Assembly: GCF_006345805.1 (NCBI RefSeq)
Contig: NC_043000.1
Coordinates: 22,568,001-22,632,000, forward strand
DNA from: Octopus sinensis
Taxonomy: Eukaryota
Direction of reading: 5' to 3'
DNA: 64,000 nucleotides
The position numbers and the translations under genes are program-made. How positions within the stretch are numbered: the first letter of the stretch is position 1; each line of letters opens with the position of its first letter. Positions 23,820-35,018 of this stretch are shown here, piece after piece. The notes below the pieces were generated by a model. It did not search any database, was not told the DNA's origin, and saw nothing but the letters and a program-made list of their open reading frames with translations.

Positions 23820-24248
23820 TCAGGTACAAGCATGACTGTATGGTTGACAAGCTTGTCTCTCATCTATGTGATCTTGGGGTCAGTCCCTCTGTAACAGCAC
23901 TTTGGGTAAGTGTCTCCTACTTTAGCCCTGGACTGACCAAGGCCTTGCAGATGGATTTCATAGAAAAAAAAAAACTGAAATAAGTCCATTGTATGTATGT
24001 GTATGTGAGAAAGTTTCTATCTCCTGGTCTTGACATTGCGTGATAGTTGTAAATGAGTGCCACTGTTATGCATGCAGTGTCATTCATTTCGAATATCCTG
24101 CATTAACATGTCTGGATATCACCTTGCTTGGAAACGGGTGAGGGTTGGCAAAAGCAAGGACATCTGACCATAAAAAAATCTGCTTCAATAAACTCCATCT
24201 GACCCATGAAACCATGGGAAAGCAGACATTAAAACAACAATGATGATA
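23820..24248 (+). mobile_element. SINE with A-type head and 'D' tail
   Basis: Head as in SINE-A; tail CCTTGCTTGGAAACGGGTGAGGGTTGGC...ACATTAAAACAACAATGATGAT. Confidence 0.75.
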
Positions 24249-24431
24249 TACCTGAAATAAAATACCAAAGTTTTATAAATGTGGATTTTAACATAAATGA
24301 TACTGAATCAAAATGTTAGAGATCAAGTGTTTCCTCTGTGTGTATAACACTAATTTGTATAAAATTACTCTAAATGATTGTTTCTGTCATTTCAACTTGA
24401 CTACAGAATTTAACCTTTCATTTTATAAATT

Positions 24432-24660
24432 TTAATCCTTTTGTTACCATATTTCTGTTGAAACACACTGCCTGCATTCCAGTTAAATTTTTAGATGATG
24501 AAGAATTTTGTAAAATAACTTGGTCATTAGTAAGCTAGTGTTTGGAACATAAAGTAACATGAAATTTTGGTGGAAAGTTTTGAGATCCTTTTAAAACAGG
24601 AAGTTTGTGGCATAAAGGAGCCAAGGGCAGTCTCAGACAGGTTGGTATTGAAAGGGTTAA
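24432..24660 (+). mobile_element. piggyBac-like MITE-G2 (diverged relative of G)
   Basis: TTAA termini, GAAAGGGTTAA right end. Other copies at 29219-29780 (split by SINE-A) and 49037-49580 (split by SINE-F). Confidence 0.7.
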
Positions 24661-24689
24661 AAGTGTGGAAAGGCAAGCATGCCTTCTTA

Positions 24690-25380
24690 GTTAGTTAGTT
24701 CTCTACATGCCATGAGACACATAAGGCCACAACACAATCTCTCCAACCAGCACTATTTTCTGTCACAGTTTTCGTCTCATTCTAGCTTTACCACTCTTCT
24801 CGCTGTCTTTCCTTGTCAATGACCCTTTTCTATGTGGTTTTGAGGAGCCCTGCTGCTCTTTTTCCTCCAGGCTTCCACTTTAGTGCCACTCTAGATTTGC
24901 TATATAACAGGCTTTAGAAGCTGTGATCTTTGTATCCCAGAGAAGTATTACAGCTTTTAGCATTTTTGTGAGTAAAAGATTGGAATGGTAAATTCCTGCA
25001 GACATTTCCATTAATATTTATTGTGAAATTCTGTCTGAGGACATCTCCAATCCAGTTTCAGCATCTGCATCTTACTTCATCACTGATCACCTTGTCATCT
25101 CAATTCAAACACTTTTGCAGCCAAAGTCAAGTATTCTCCATAACCATGTGAGGTGGAAGCTGTCTATTGTTTTCCCTTCCACTTTTGTCACTTTCCTGTT
25201 TTCACATCCAAAGACTAATCCTGGTCGGACCAATGTCTTGAACAGCTTCCATTTCCCACCCTAAACCATTGCTTCTTCACACCTTTCTTAGACTGTAGAA
25301 TGCTCTCCAGGCTTTGGATATTCTATTCTTTAAGTCCTCTCTTTTGCCCCTGGCTTTCTTGACTGTCACTCTTAGGTAAA
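24690..25380 (-). mobile_element. RTE-clade LINE 3' fragment (third family) interrupted by a locally copied 133-bp segment
   Basis: Minus strand gives ALKWKPGGKRAAG..KTT*KRVIDKER...GWRDCVVALCVSW; 24900-25032 duplicates 23629-23762. Confidence 0.7.
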
Positions 25381-25965
25381 CAAATTCTTTTATCATAGAA
25401 ATATTATGCAGCAACTTGGCAACTATAAATTCTTATTGTATTTTCAACACCATTTACTCTTTTAGTCTATATATAGTTTGTTTATATACAAATGGTTGGG
25501 TTGGAATGACAATGCCTGTGGATTTATCTTTTGTATTAATTCTCCTTTTGTAAATTTTGATCAGGTTTTGTCATTGTTATTTGGGTGAGTCCTGATTGAG
25601 CAGAACTGTAATCAAAATCATTCTATTTTTAAGACAGCGGAATGTAATATGGGGGAGATTTGACTGTTATTTCTAACAGGTCAATGAACATGTAAATGAC
25701 CTCTCATAGATTTTGGGACCTTTGCTGGTCTGTGAATATTGAGAGGATGATGACGGAATAAATAGATTTTAGTTATGTTTTCTGTAATGTAGATATTGAG
25801 TTATTGGAAATTAAAAAAAGCAAATCTTTGTTAAAGTGTGTGTGGATTGAATAGGGAAATAGCTTTAGACAGCAACAACAGCTCAGAATAGAGAGAGAGA
25901 AAGAGAAAGATAAAATAACAATTACCATGACATGTGAGGGAAAATTGTAGATAGGTACAGATGTC

Positions 25966-26375
25966 ACTGTGTGGTAAGAAGTTTCTTCAAAACCACATAG
26001 TTTCAGGTTCAGTCCCACTGCATGGCACCATGGAGTGGTGTCTTCTACTATAGCCTCGCACTGACCAAAGCTTTGTGAGTGGATTTGGTAGATGGAAACT
26101 GAAAGAAGCCCATCGAATATATATATATATACAAACACACAAATGTGCATGTGTGCATGCATGCGTGTATGTGTGTCCTTGTGCCTGTGTTTGCCCCCCC
26201 CTCCCCCATCGCCACTTGACAACCGGTGTTGGTGTGTTTACATCTCTGTAACTTAGCAGTTTGACAAAAGACAGTAACAAAATAAGTATCAGGCTTAAAA
26301 AAATAAGTAGTGGGGTACATATTTTCAAGGTGGTACCCCAGCAAGGCCGTGGTCTAATGACTGAAATAAATAAAA
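25966..26375 (+). mobile_element. SINE-A
   Basis: Head, hinge and 3' module as at 47102. Confidence 0.82.
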
Positions 26376-28968
26376 AGTTTGTGTCTATGTACCTGTCTTG
26401 TTTGGAAAGTGTGTGTGTGTGTGTGTGTATTGAATAGGGAAATAGCTTTATTCAGCAACAACCGCCCAGAACAGAGCGAGAGCAAGATGAAATAACAGTT
26501 CCATGACATGTAAGAGAAAATTATAAACAATAGTCACATCCTAGCAGCATATTATATAGATGTGTATTGTAGTTTGTAAATGTTAACCTAGCAACACATC
26601 GAAACTGTCCTGAAGATGGAAATGGCAAAACACCTTTTATTTTTTTCATGTCTGTCATTCATTCTCAACAAACGTATATTATACAACGCTCTCTCTCTCT
26701 CTCTGGTAGATAAAGAACATAAGATGCAAGATTCTGTTTACTGCTGAATGGGGTGGGGTTTGTGGTTTATGTGTCCCTGTTGCATGTGTAAAATGAATGA
26801 AATTGGCTGAAGACAAAAACCAAGGAATGCTTAGGACAAAGTGGTGAAGATGTATTTGAAGTTGTTGCATCTTATGCAGGAGAAGACATACCTTCCTGTC
26901 CAGGCATTGTGGAACAAGTGTTCGTCCAGGCATTGTGGAACATGTTTTCGTGAATATGTATGCATATGTATATATGTATATGTGTCTAAGTGTCTATATG
27001 TATATTTAGGCTTGTACGATACATTCAAACTTATATGGTTATAGGTGTATGTATGTGTGTATATATGTACAAATATATTTGTGAATTGTTAGAAGATCGT
27101 AAATCCAAAATGAAGCACCTATATGGCTAAGTGCTTAATAAGTATGAAACCAGTGGTCACTCTCTGACCAGCCACAACAGTCAGCTTCCAAAATACACAC
27201 ACATACCTACACGTGTGTGTTTGTTGTAATGGTAATCTCTGTGTGTGTGTATGCATATACAAAGTGTTATGGCTACATTTTTGACCCCACCCTCATATAG
27301 CTTCTAATACCCCTATCACTCACCTCTCCATGCCACTGTCATCTATATTTCTGTTGCCCCCAACTTTATTACTCATGTCTCTAGTGTTTGTGCCTCTATT
27401 GCCCATCTCTCATCTCAACTCTTCTTAGATGCTGATGTAACTAAGGATAACACTGGATCTCCTTTGGCTCACCATAAATAGCTTCTAGTGTAACTAGAAT
27501 TCCATGACCCTCTCTCCAATATTCCATCCTTTCCTTTCTCACTGTCATGACTCCAGTTCTTTTGCCATCTTGAGGCTATTCCCAGGAGATCTCATCACAT
27601 CTGTATATACCTCACACACTCTATCTGTATTCCTCCTTGGCTGCTTGGAACTGACATCCATTATTCACTCTTGCCATTTATCCACCTCTTGCTACCCATC
27701 ACTCTCTCTTCCATCCTCTCTAATTCTACTGCCATGATAAAATGTACTCAATACACTCTGTTGTGCGTAGAGTCATGAAGATTCCACAGAAGACATAGCA
27801 ACCTGCTTGATGCTGGTCCCTTTAAAATATGCACCCACTACATTCTGTAAAGTTGCTGGTGTAAGGAAGGGTCAAAGATTAAACTTGTGAGTGAGGTGTG
27901 GTTCCCTGACTCATCATGGAGAAAAGAAATAACCCATTTAACCCTGCCCACATGGGCAGGGTTCCCTCTCCCCTTTTCTTTCCTCCATACACTCCCTACA
28001 GATCACTCACTCCTAGTTTCTCTGTCCCCACCCCTACTCTCTCTGTACTTTGAAATGCCACCTGGACACCTCATCACGACTATTTGACTTTTTTGTAGCT
28101 GCTAATAATTTATATCTAACTCTCTCTCAAATGCGAGTAGCCATGTTGCTCCTCTAGAACTAGAACCTACTCTGCCCCAATCCCTTATTACATACCTTAA
28201 GCCCTATCTGCAAGCATAATACCCCACCTACCAGGTCTTGTAGATTTGTCAGCTGCATGGCAACCTCAGTAGTGCTAGTAGCACAAGAAAAGCACCCAGT
28301 ATATATTGTAAAGTGTTTGGCATTAGGAAGGGCATCCGGCCATAGAAGCAATCCCAAAGCAGGCATTGGAGCATGGTGCAGTCCCTGGACACATTAGACC
28401 CTGTTAAACTGTCCAACCCATACCAGCATGGAATATGGCCATTAAAAGATAATCACACACACACACATGCACACATAGTTTGTATTGAGTTATTACAAGA
28501 GATTTTCCTCAGCCAGATAATTGTGTAGCAGCTTCAGCCAAGCACACTTTTGTCATCATCCTAAGATAAGAGGGCGGCAGAGCACTCTCTCCATTAGATA
28601 CATTATGGCGAGCAGCTTCTTTGTGTGGTTCAACCAAGTGTCAATCTGATTACCAACCATGCCTTTAGAAGTTTGAAGTTGTTCAAGCAGTAACCATGGA
28701 TACAAGTGGACAGGGAAGAGTCAGCTGCAGTCACATCTTTGAAGAATGATGCTTAATAAGTGATTGTTCTTTTATGATAAATTTACTGATGAAGAATTGT
28801 GAACTACTAATGTCTTACAAAGACTTGTAAATCTTCCTTTCCCAATTTTGAAGAGACAATCTTGAAATGCCAGTAGCAAAGCCACTTATTATGGCAAGCC
28901 TAAGTGTTGGAATTAGTGATGGATGATATACCAGAATGCAGTGAAACATATATATATATGTATGTGTG

Positions 28969-29018
<50 letters not shown>

Positions 29019-29334
29019 CACATACACCTATCTTTATTGACACTGTTCATCACAGTTTCTACACCTGGCTTAATGAATATGAACAAGTATGACAAGAATG
29101 ATGTTTGGTGCATAAAAATCAAAGACTGTGATTGTTGTTATAGGTAGCAACCAAGATGTTATCACGAATAGCTTTAATTTGATGAGATCTGTCTGGTAAC
29201 AACATCATGGCCTGCTAGTGACCCTTTTTGTTACATATTTCTGTTGAGAGACACTGTCTTTATTTCAATGAATTCTGAAAATAATTAAGAATTTAATAAA
29301 ATAATTTGGTTATTTTTAAACTGGTGTTTGAAAT

Positions 29335-29712
29335 CTTCTATCTTTTACTTGTCTTGGTCATGTGACTACAGCCATGCTGGGGCATCGCCTTGAAGAATTT
29401 TAAGTTGAATGAATCCACCCCTGTATTTATTCTTTTTTCCTCAAGCCTTATACTCACTTTATGAGTCTCTTTTGTCAAACTGCTAAGTTATGGAGATGTA
29501 AACACTAGGCTGGTTGTCAAATGGTGGTGGGGGACAAACACTGACCCAAATACACTCACACACATGTATATATACGATGGACTTCTTTTATTTTCTGTTT
29601 ATCAAATCCACCCACAAGGCATTGGTTGGCCCCAGGCTGTAGTGGAAGACACTTGTCCAGGATGCTACACAGTGGGACTGAACCCAGAATCATGTGGTTG
29701 AGAAGCACAGTT
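29335..29712 (-). mobile_element. SINE-A nested in MITE-G2
   Basis: Flanked by the left (29219-29332) and right (29716-29780) parts of the MITE. Confidence 0.75.
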
Positions 29713-30464
29713 ACTAAAATAGGAAGTTTGTGTTATAGAACCAGGGGACAGTCACAAGCAGGTTGACAATGAAAGGGTTAGATATCCCATATTACTGTAC
29801 ATGTTGTTTGTTTGTTTATTGTGGATTTCAAAGTGTGGCATTTTCAAATCCAAAGCTGTGTTTTCCAGCAAGCATAGTCAGATGTACCAAGTTGCAAGAC
29901 CTGTAATAATGTATCCCTAACTGATTCTCCATAGTGCTGACCCACATTGATAGCATTGCAAACTCTTAGCAATGATTGTAATTTCAATGCCTGAAGGAAC
30001 TTGTCAGTTTATTCCTGTGATACTTGGCAGCTGCTTGTCATAAGATGGCACGCAAAAACTTCATTAGATGTCATAATATAATGTTTCAAGTATCTGAATC
30101 ACAGCTTTGTAGTTAGCGGCATCAGGGAGATAGTCATAAACTGTTGAGGATAAATAATTAATGCAAGTGTGAAGCCTGTTTGGTGAATAAGATACAATGG
30201 ATCTCAGAAATGTCCCTAGTGGCACCACTCTTTGGTGGTGGTAGAAACTGGATTGGCATTAAATTTCTCAGGTTTGAAAAATCCTTTCAGCTTCTCTAAG
30301 TTATCGTCCATCAATAATTCATGATGTAAATAATATGTCCAACAAATTTTTTGCTGTGTTTATTTATTTATTTATTTATTTTCTTACTGAATAAATTGAA
30401 TGAAATAAGACATAGCTTTATTCACCAAGAACAATCTGGAATAGAAAGATAAAATACATACATA

Positions 30465-30540
30465 CATACATACATACATACATACATACATACACACATA
30501 CATACATACATACATACATACATACATACATACATACATG
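30465..30540. repeat. (CATA)n microsatellite
   Basis: Direct reading. Confidence 0.97.
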
Positions 30541-31064
30541 TGCATATCCGCATATATATGACAAAAAACAGGAACTATAAACCATTATTAACATTCTGGT
30601 ACCATGCTATAGCTGTGTATTGTAGTTCACAAGCATTATCCAAATGACATGCCGAAATTATTCTGAAGCTGGAATTAGCAAGCATGTTTTATTCATACCC
30701 TTTCTTCACTGCACATACACACATAGTTGACAACACACATGCATGTACAGCTATGCTGTTACCATTCTTCTTTAGTGCTAGTCCATTCCTAGTCAAGCAG
30801 GCATGATCAGAGCCAATTCAGTTGTAAAATTTTGCTTTTTTTTTATAGGTATAGTATATCTAGGATGACTCTATCTAATGCTTCTTTTCTTCTTTAAAGA
30901 TCTTTGAATGTGTTTTGAGGAAGAATGAGCTGCTATTGTTAGTAGGTTGAAATGATCTGGTTGAGTCTCTTTCACGGTTTGTTGGTAACTGTTGTACATG
31001 GATATGTATCGACTATGTCATCTTTGATCCACCACAAGGTCCTGTACTACTTGCAGTGTGGTGG

Positions 31065-31520
31065 CTTCATCATCATCATTATCCACATCATCATTTAATG
31101 TCCGTTTTCCATGCTGACTTGGGTTAGTCATAAGATGGTAAGCTAGAGAGCTGCACCAGGTTTCAGTGTGTTTTGGCTTGATTTCTATGGCTTCATGCAC
31201 TTCCTAATGCTAACTACTCCACTGAGTGTACACAGTGTCTCTTACATGCCATTGGCATGGGTGCTTTTTAGGTGTCGCTGGCACAGGTGTCTTTTATGTC
31301 AGTGGCACAAGTACCTTTCACATGTCACTGGCACAGGTGCCATTTGCAAGTCACCAGTACTAGACCATGACCATGATTTTAGCTTGTGTCTTTTCAAGCA
31401 CAGTCATTTGCCAGAAGTCCTAGTCACTTGTCATCACCCCCATTAGACTCAAATCCAAAGATCACATTTCATCACCTCATCCCATGTCTACCTTGGTCTA
31501 CTTCTTTCATAGGTTCCGTC
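31065..31520 (-). mobile_element. RTE 3' end including the last ORF codons
   Basis: Minus strand RSRPR*TWDEVMKCDL...VLEKTQA is homologous to the C-terminus of the 11604 copy. Confidence 0.75.
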
Positions 31521-32109
31521 CACAAAAGACCTGTATGCTTCAATGACCCTCAGAGATATACTTGTAGAGCACAAACTTCTAGTAGGCTTCTTGTGCTGAG
31601 CAGGTCAAACTAATATGGATCACCTATTCCCAGAAGTCAAATTGGGCTTGCATAGGACCAGCACACCTACCTAGAAAAATAGCAGTGTTATAGAAGCATC
31701 AATGACAGTTCAAAACCAAGACCTGGGAAAGGAAGACTTTTTGTCAGAGAAAGATAGCCCAGAGTTAAGAACAGTGGGGAAAAGTTGCTGGTGGCCTATA
31801 TGCTTCACAGGGAAGAAAGGGTTTCAAAAAAAAAAATGTCATTTTCAACTCATCCATTATTAAGTATGTTTAAGATACCACAAAGAAATTAAGAAGGTGT
31901 AGGTTGATAAATAATTGTGGAAAGATTTATATATTTATGACATTGGAAGGTGGTTCATGTTGCTGAGTTTTTGAAACTATTTGTAGTTCATAATAATTCC
32001 ATTGTATTGTTCACTATTATCCTGGTTAGAAGTGGGTGCTATCAATAAAGAAATGTTGGATTGGCAAGGATTACAAACAGCTTTTGGGGTAGTTTTCTTT
32101 TTGTTTTTT

Positions 32110-32332
32110 TATCTTTACTCTTTTACTTGCTGGGGCTCTACGTCCCTGAAAGGTTTTAGGTAAATAGATATACCCCAGTAGTTAATTTTTAAAATTTGGT
32201 AATTATTGTATCAGTCTCTTTTGCTGAACTGCTAAGTCACTGAAATGTAAATAAACCACCACTGGTTGTCAAGTGGTGGTGAGTAACAAACACAGTGTGA
32301 GAGAGAGAGAGAGAGACATACATGCACGCACG

Positions 32333-32369
<37 letters not shown>

Positions 32370-32528
32370 CAGGTTTCCATGCAGTTTTTGTCTACCAAAT
32401 TCACTCACAAGGCATGGGTTATCCCAAGGCTATAGTAGAAGTCACTTGCCCAAGGTGCCGTTCAGTGGGACTGAACTCAAAACCACATGACTATAAACCA
32501 AACTTCTTAACTACGCAGCCATGCCTGC
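32110..32528 (-). mobile_element. SINE-A, degenerate
   Basis: Head at 32365-32528 and (GA)/(CA) hinge. Confidence 0.75.
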
Positions 32529-33313
32529 ATTGGCTACATTTTTTTTTTTTAAGAATTATTGTAATTCTTTGAAAATCAAAGCAGGCAGCTGATCCTATCT
32601 AGATGTAAGCGCCATATTCTTGGGTATGGCAAATCAGGATTTAGTAAATTCAGAAAGTAATCAATAAGGGTAACCTACATCACAAAACTCATTAATTTCA
32701 ATGTTTGCTACCGAAATGTATGTTCATCGCTTGCTGAATACAAATTGCTGTGGAATAATAGATTCTAAGTTGTTTTGTATAAAAAATTTAGTCATTCTAC
32801 GTGGTTTATTTAAGCAATGAATACAAGAAAACATTGATTATTCTGATGAATAAGAAGAAGCTCTGTCGGATGTTGCATGTCATAAATTGTAAATTTTATA
32901 TTCTAGTCTGGTAAAACGACAATAATGGGTGGATGTATTTGAAAATAATTTACTTGGTTGGGAACCACCCAGAGTACATCGGCTTCTTTTTGTATTTTTT
33001 ATGAATTATTGATCTACAGTAATAGAAACAGAATTTACAATTTTGTGGAGAAAACTGGCCGCATTAATATAATTAGTCAATTACTAGAATTAAAACACTT
33101 GTACTGATTTCTGGTGGTAGAAGAATTAATGAGATAAACTCACTTCCAAAGTAGTATGGTATAGTAGATTTATTATTGGGATGTTCAAAACACTTGTCAT
33201 GCATGTCCATCTTAAATGTTTTGTTTGATATTGTATATTGATCATATAATGATTGGTACATTATTTACATTATTTACATTTGACGGATATTTGTCTTTAT
33301 CTTGTTTGTTATT

Positions 33314-33359
33314 AACACAACGTTTTGGCTGATATACCCTCCAGCCTTCATCAGGTGTC
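33314..33359 (-). ncRNA. Hammerhead motif P4 (left arm)
   Basis: GACAC-CTGATGA-A-GGCTG GAGGGTATAT CAGCC-AAA-ACGT-T-GTGTT; only G12>A departs from the core. Confidence 0.7.
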
Positions 33360-33509
33360 TTAGGGAAATTTCGAACCTGGGTTCTCATTCCTAAGGTATT
33401 TTTCGATGTTATTATTATTCAGGTCACTGCTTAGAATTGAACTCTGAATCTTGGGGTTAGTAGCCCACGCTCTTAACTCCAAGATTCCGAGTTTGATTCC
33501 AAGCAGTGA

Positions 33510-33548
<39 letters not shown>

Positions 33549-33600
33549 CAACATCGAAAAATACCTTAGGAATGAGAACCCAGGTTCGAAATTTCCCCAA

Positions 33601-33646
33601 GACACCTGATGAAGGCTGGAGGGTATATCAGCTGAAATGTTGTGTT
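33601..33646 (+). ncRNA. Hammerhead motif P4 (right arm)
   Basis: GACAC-CTGATGA-A-GGCTG GAGGGTATAT CAGCT-GAA-ATGT-T-GTGTT; two CpG-type C>T changes. Confidence 0.7.
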
Positions 33647-34304
33647 AACAACAAACAAGATGAGAATAAATATCCGTCAAATGTAAATAACGTAAATAAT
33701 GTACATAATTCCTCATCTCTTAAATATAGAACTGCATAGTGATTGGTCGCTGATATTATCTACAGCTTATAGTAATCACTGTGTATCAGTTGAAGGCACA
33801 TGGCCTAATGGTTAAGGTGTTAGATTCACATAATGGTGGCAGAGGAGGACATGGGCCCTCCTAGGTCATATAGAGAGTGCTGGAGAAGGCTCACATGCAC
33901 AGGACCTGTGCAAGGACAGACCACCACTAGATTTGACTAGATATATGCACACATACACAAAAACACACACACACATGCACTAATACACATGCAATGGCTT
34001 TCTTTCAGTTTACCAAATTCATTCACAAGGATTTGGTCAATGCAGCTGGCTTAGTTTACACAGCTGTCTTGGTTCGCACATGTCTCTTGTAGGATTACTA
34101 AACCCATATTTAGAGCTTTAGATAGGCTGTGGATCTTATTTCACAATACGACTGGGGTCAACTTTGCCTTTCATTCTTCTAGGATTAATAGTATAAAGTA
34201 TTAGTCAAATAACAGAGAATTAATTTAATCTACGATTGCTACCTCTCCACCCACCTCAAGAATGTATGACTTTGTACCTGTTTATGGAATCATTATTTTC
34301 TTAC

Positions 34305-35018
34305 TTAACCCTTTAACTTTTAAACGAGTCATATCCAGCCGAAAATATTCTGTCTTACGGAGATGTACTTGCATAGCGAGTGACTTGATCTGAGATCGTG
34401 TGCTGGAACGAAAACAATTGCAGCGTGGAAGGTGTTTATAAGTGATTTAAGAAACACACAAAAACCGTTAGTTTCACTTTAACATTTAAATTTAATTTGT
34501 CAAAATATTTTCTTTGCTTTGAGACAGTGACCTGTTCACTGACAAAATTTTGTGCTGCATGTGTCTGTTTTATGTTCAAACTGGCCAGATCCAGCCTCTC
34601 ACGCTTACCCTACAATGACATTCATTGAAATCTTGAAGCTATAAGATAATGCATGATTAATTCAAAATATGAATGTAAGCACTCCGAAACAGCCTGCTCG
34701 TGAAATTAATGTGAAAGTGGCTGAGCACTCCATAAACACATGTAACCCCAACGCAATTCTCGGGGAGATTCAGTGTGACACAAGTGTGACAAGGCCTGCC
34801 CCTTGAAATATAGGCACAACTCATTTTTGCCTGCTGAGTGGGCTGGAGCAATGTGAAATAAAGTGTCTTGCTCAAGGACATAACACATCATTGAGAATTG
34901 AACTCATGACCTTACGATCATAAGCCGAACACCCTAACCACTAAGCCATGTGCCTTCCCTACAATATGAATAAATAAATATTAATTTTGACAGAATAATC
35001 TGAATGTTTAAGGGTTAA
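34305..35018 (-). mobile_element. MITE-H containing two nested insertions (hammerhead repeat 34353-34560; SINE-F2 34675-34958)
   Basis: TTAA termini; the H body resumes after each insert; AATATGAAT is duplicated around the SINE. Confidence 0.75.
34496..34546 (-). ncRNA. Hammerhead motif with G3-C8 core (family P5)
   Basis: TTTGTCA-GTGAACA-G-GTCAC TGTCTCAAA GCAAA-GAA-AATATT-T-TGACAAA. Perfect 7-bp stem I and palindromic stem III; stem II is degenerate in this copy. Confidence 0.5.

Larger units (their letters stand above)
33256..33734. mobile_element. Head-to-head inverted pair of a tRNA-headed, hammerhead-bearing repeat (family P4, Penelope-like)
   Basis: Arms 33256-33452 and 33481-33704, 28-nt spacer; tRNA-like stretch GTTAAGAGCGTGGGCTACTAACCCCAAGATTCAGAGTTCAATTC; (AAT)n; hammerhead in each arm. 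Confidence 0.75.

Noticed and set aside
26596-26632. Hammerhead-like CGAAAC...CTGAAGA...AAAAC
   Set aside because: No stem I pairing in any topology.
33422-33480. Functional tRNA gene (likewise all SINE heads)
   Set aside because: 5' end truncated, no complete acceptor stem, continues into repeat body.
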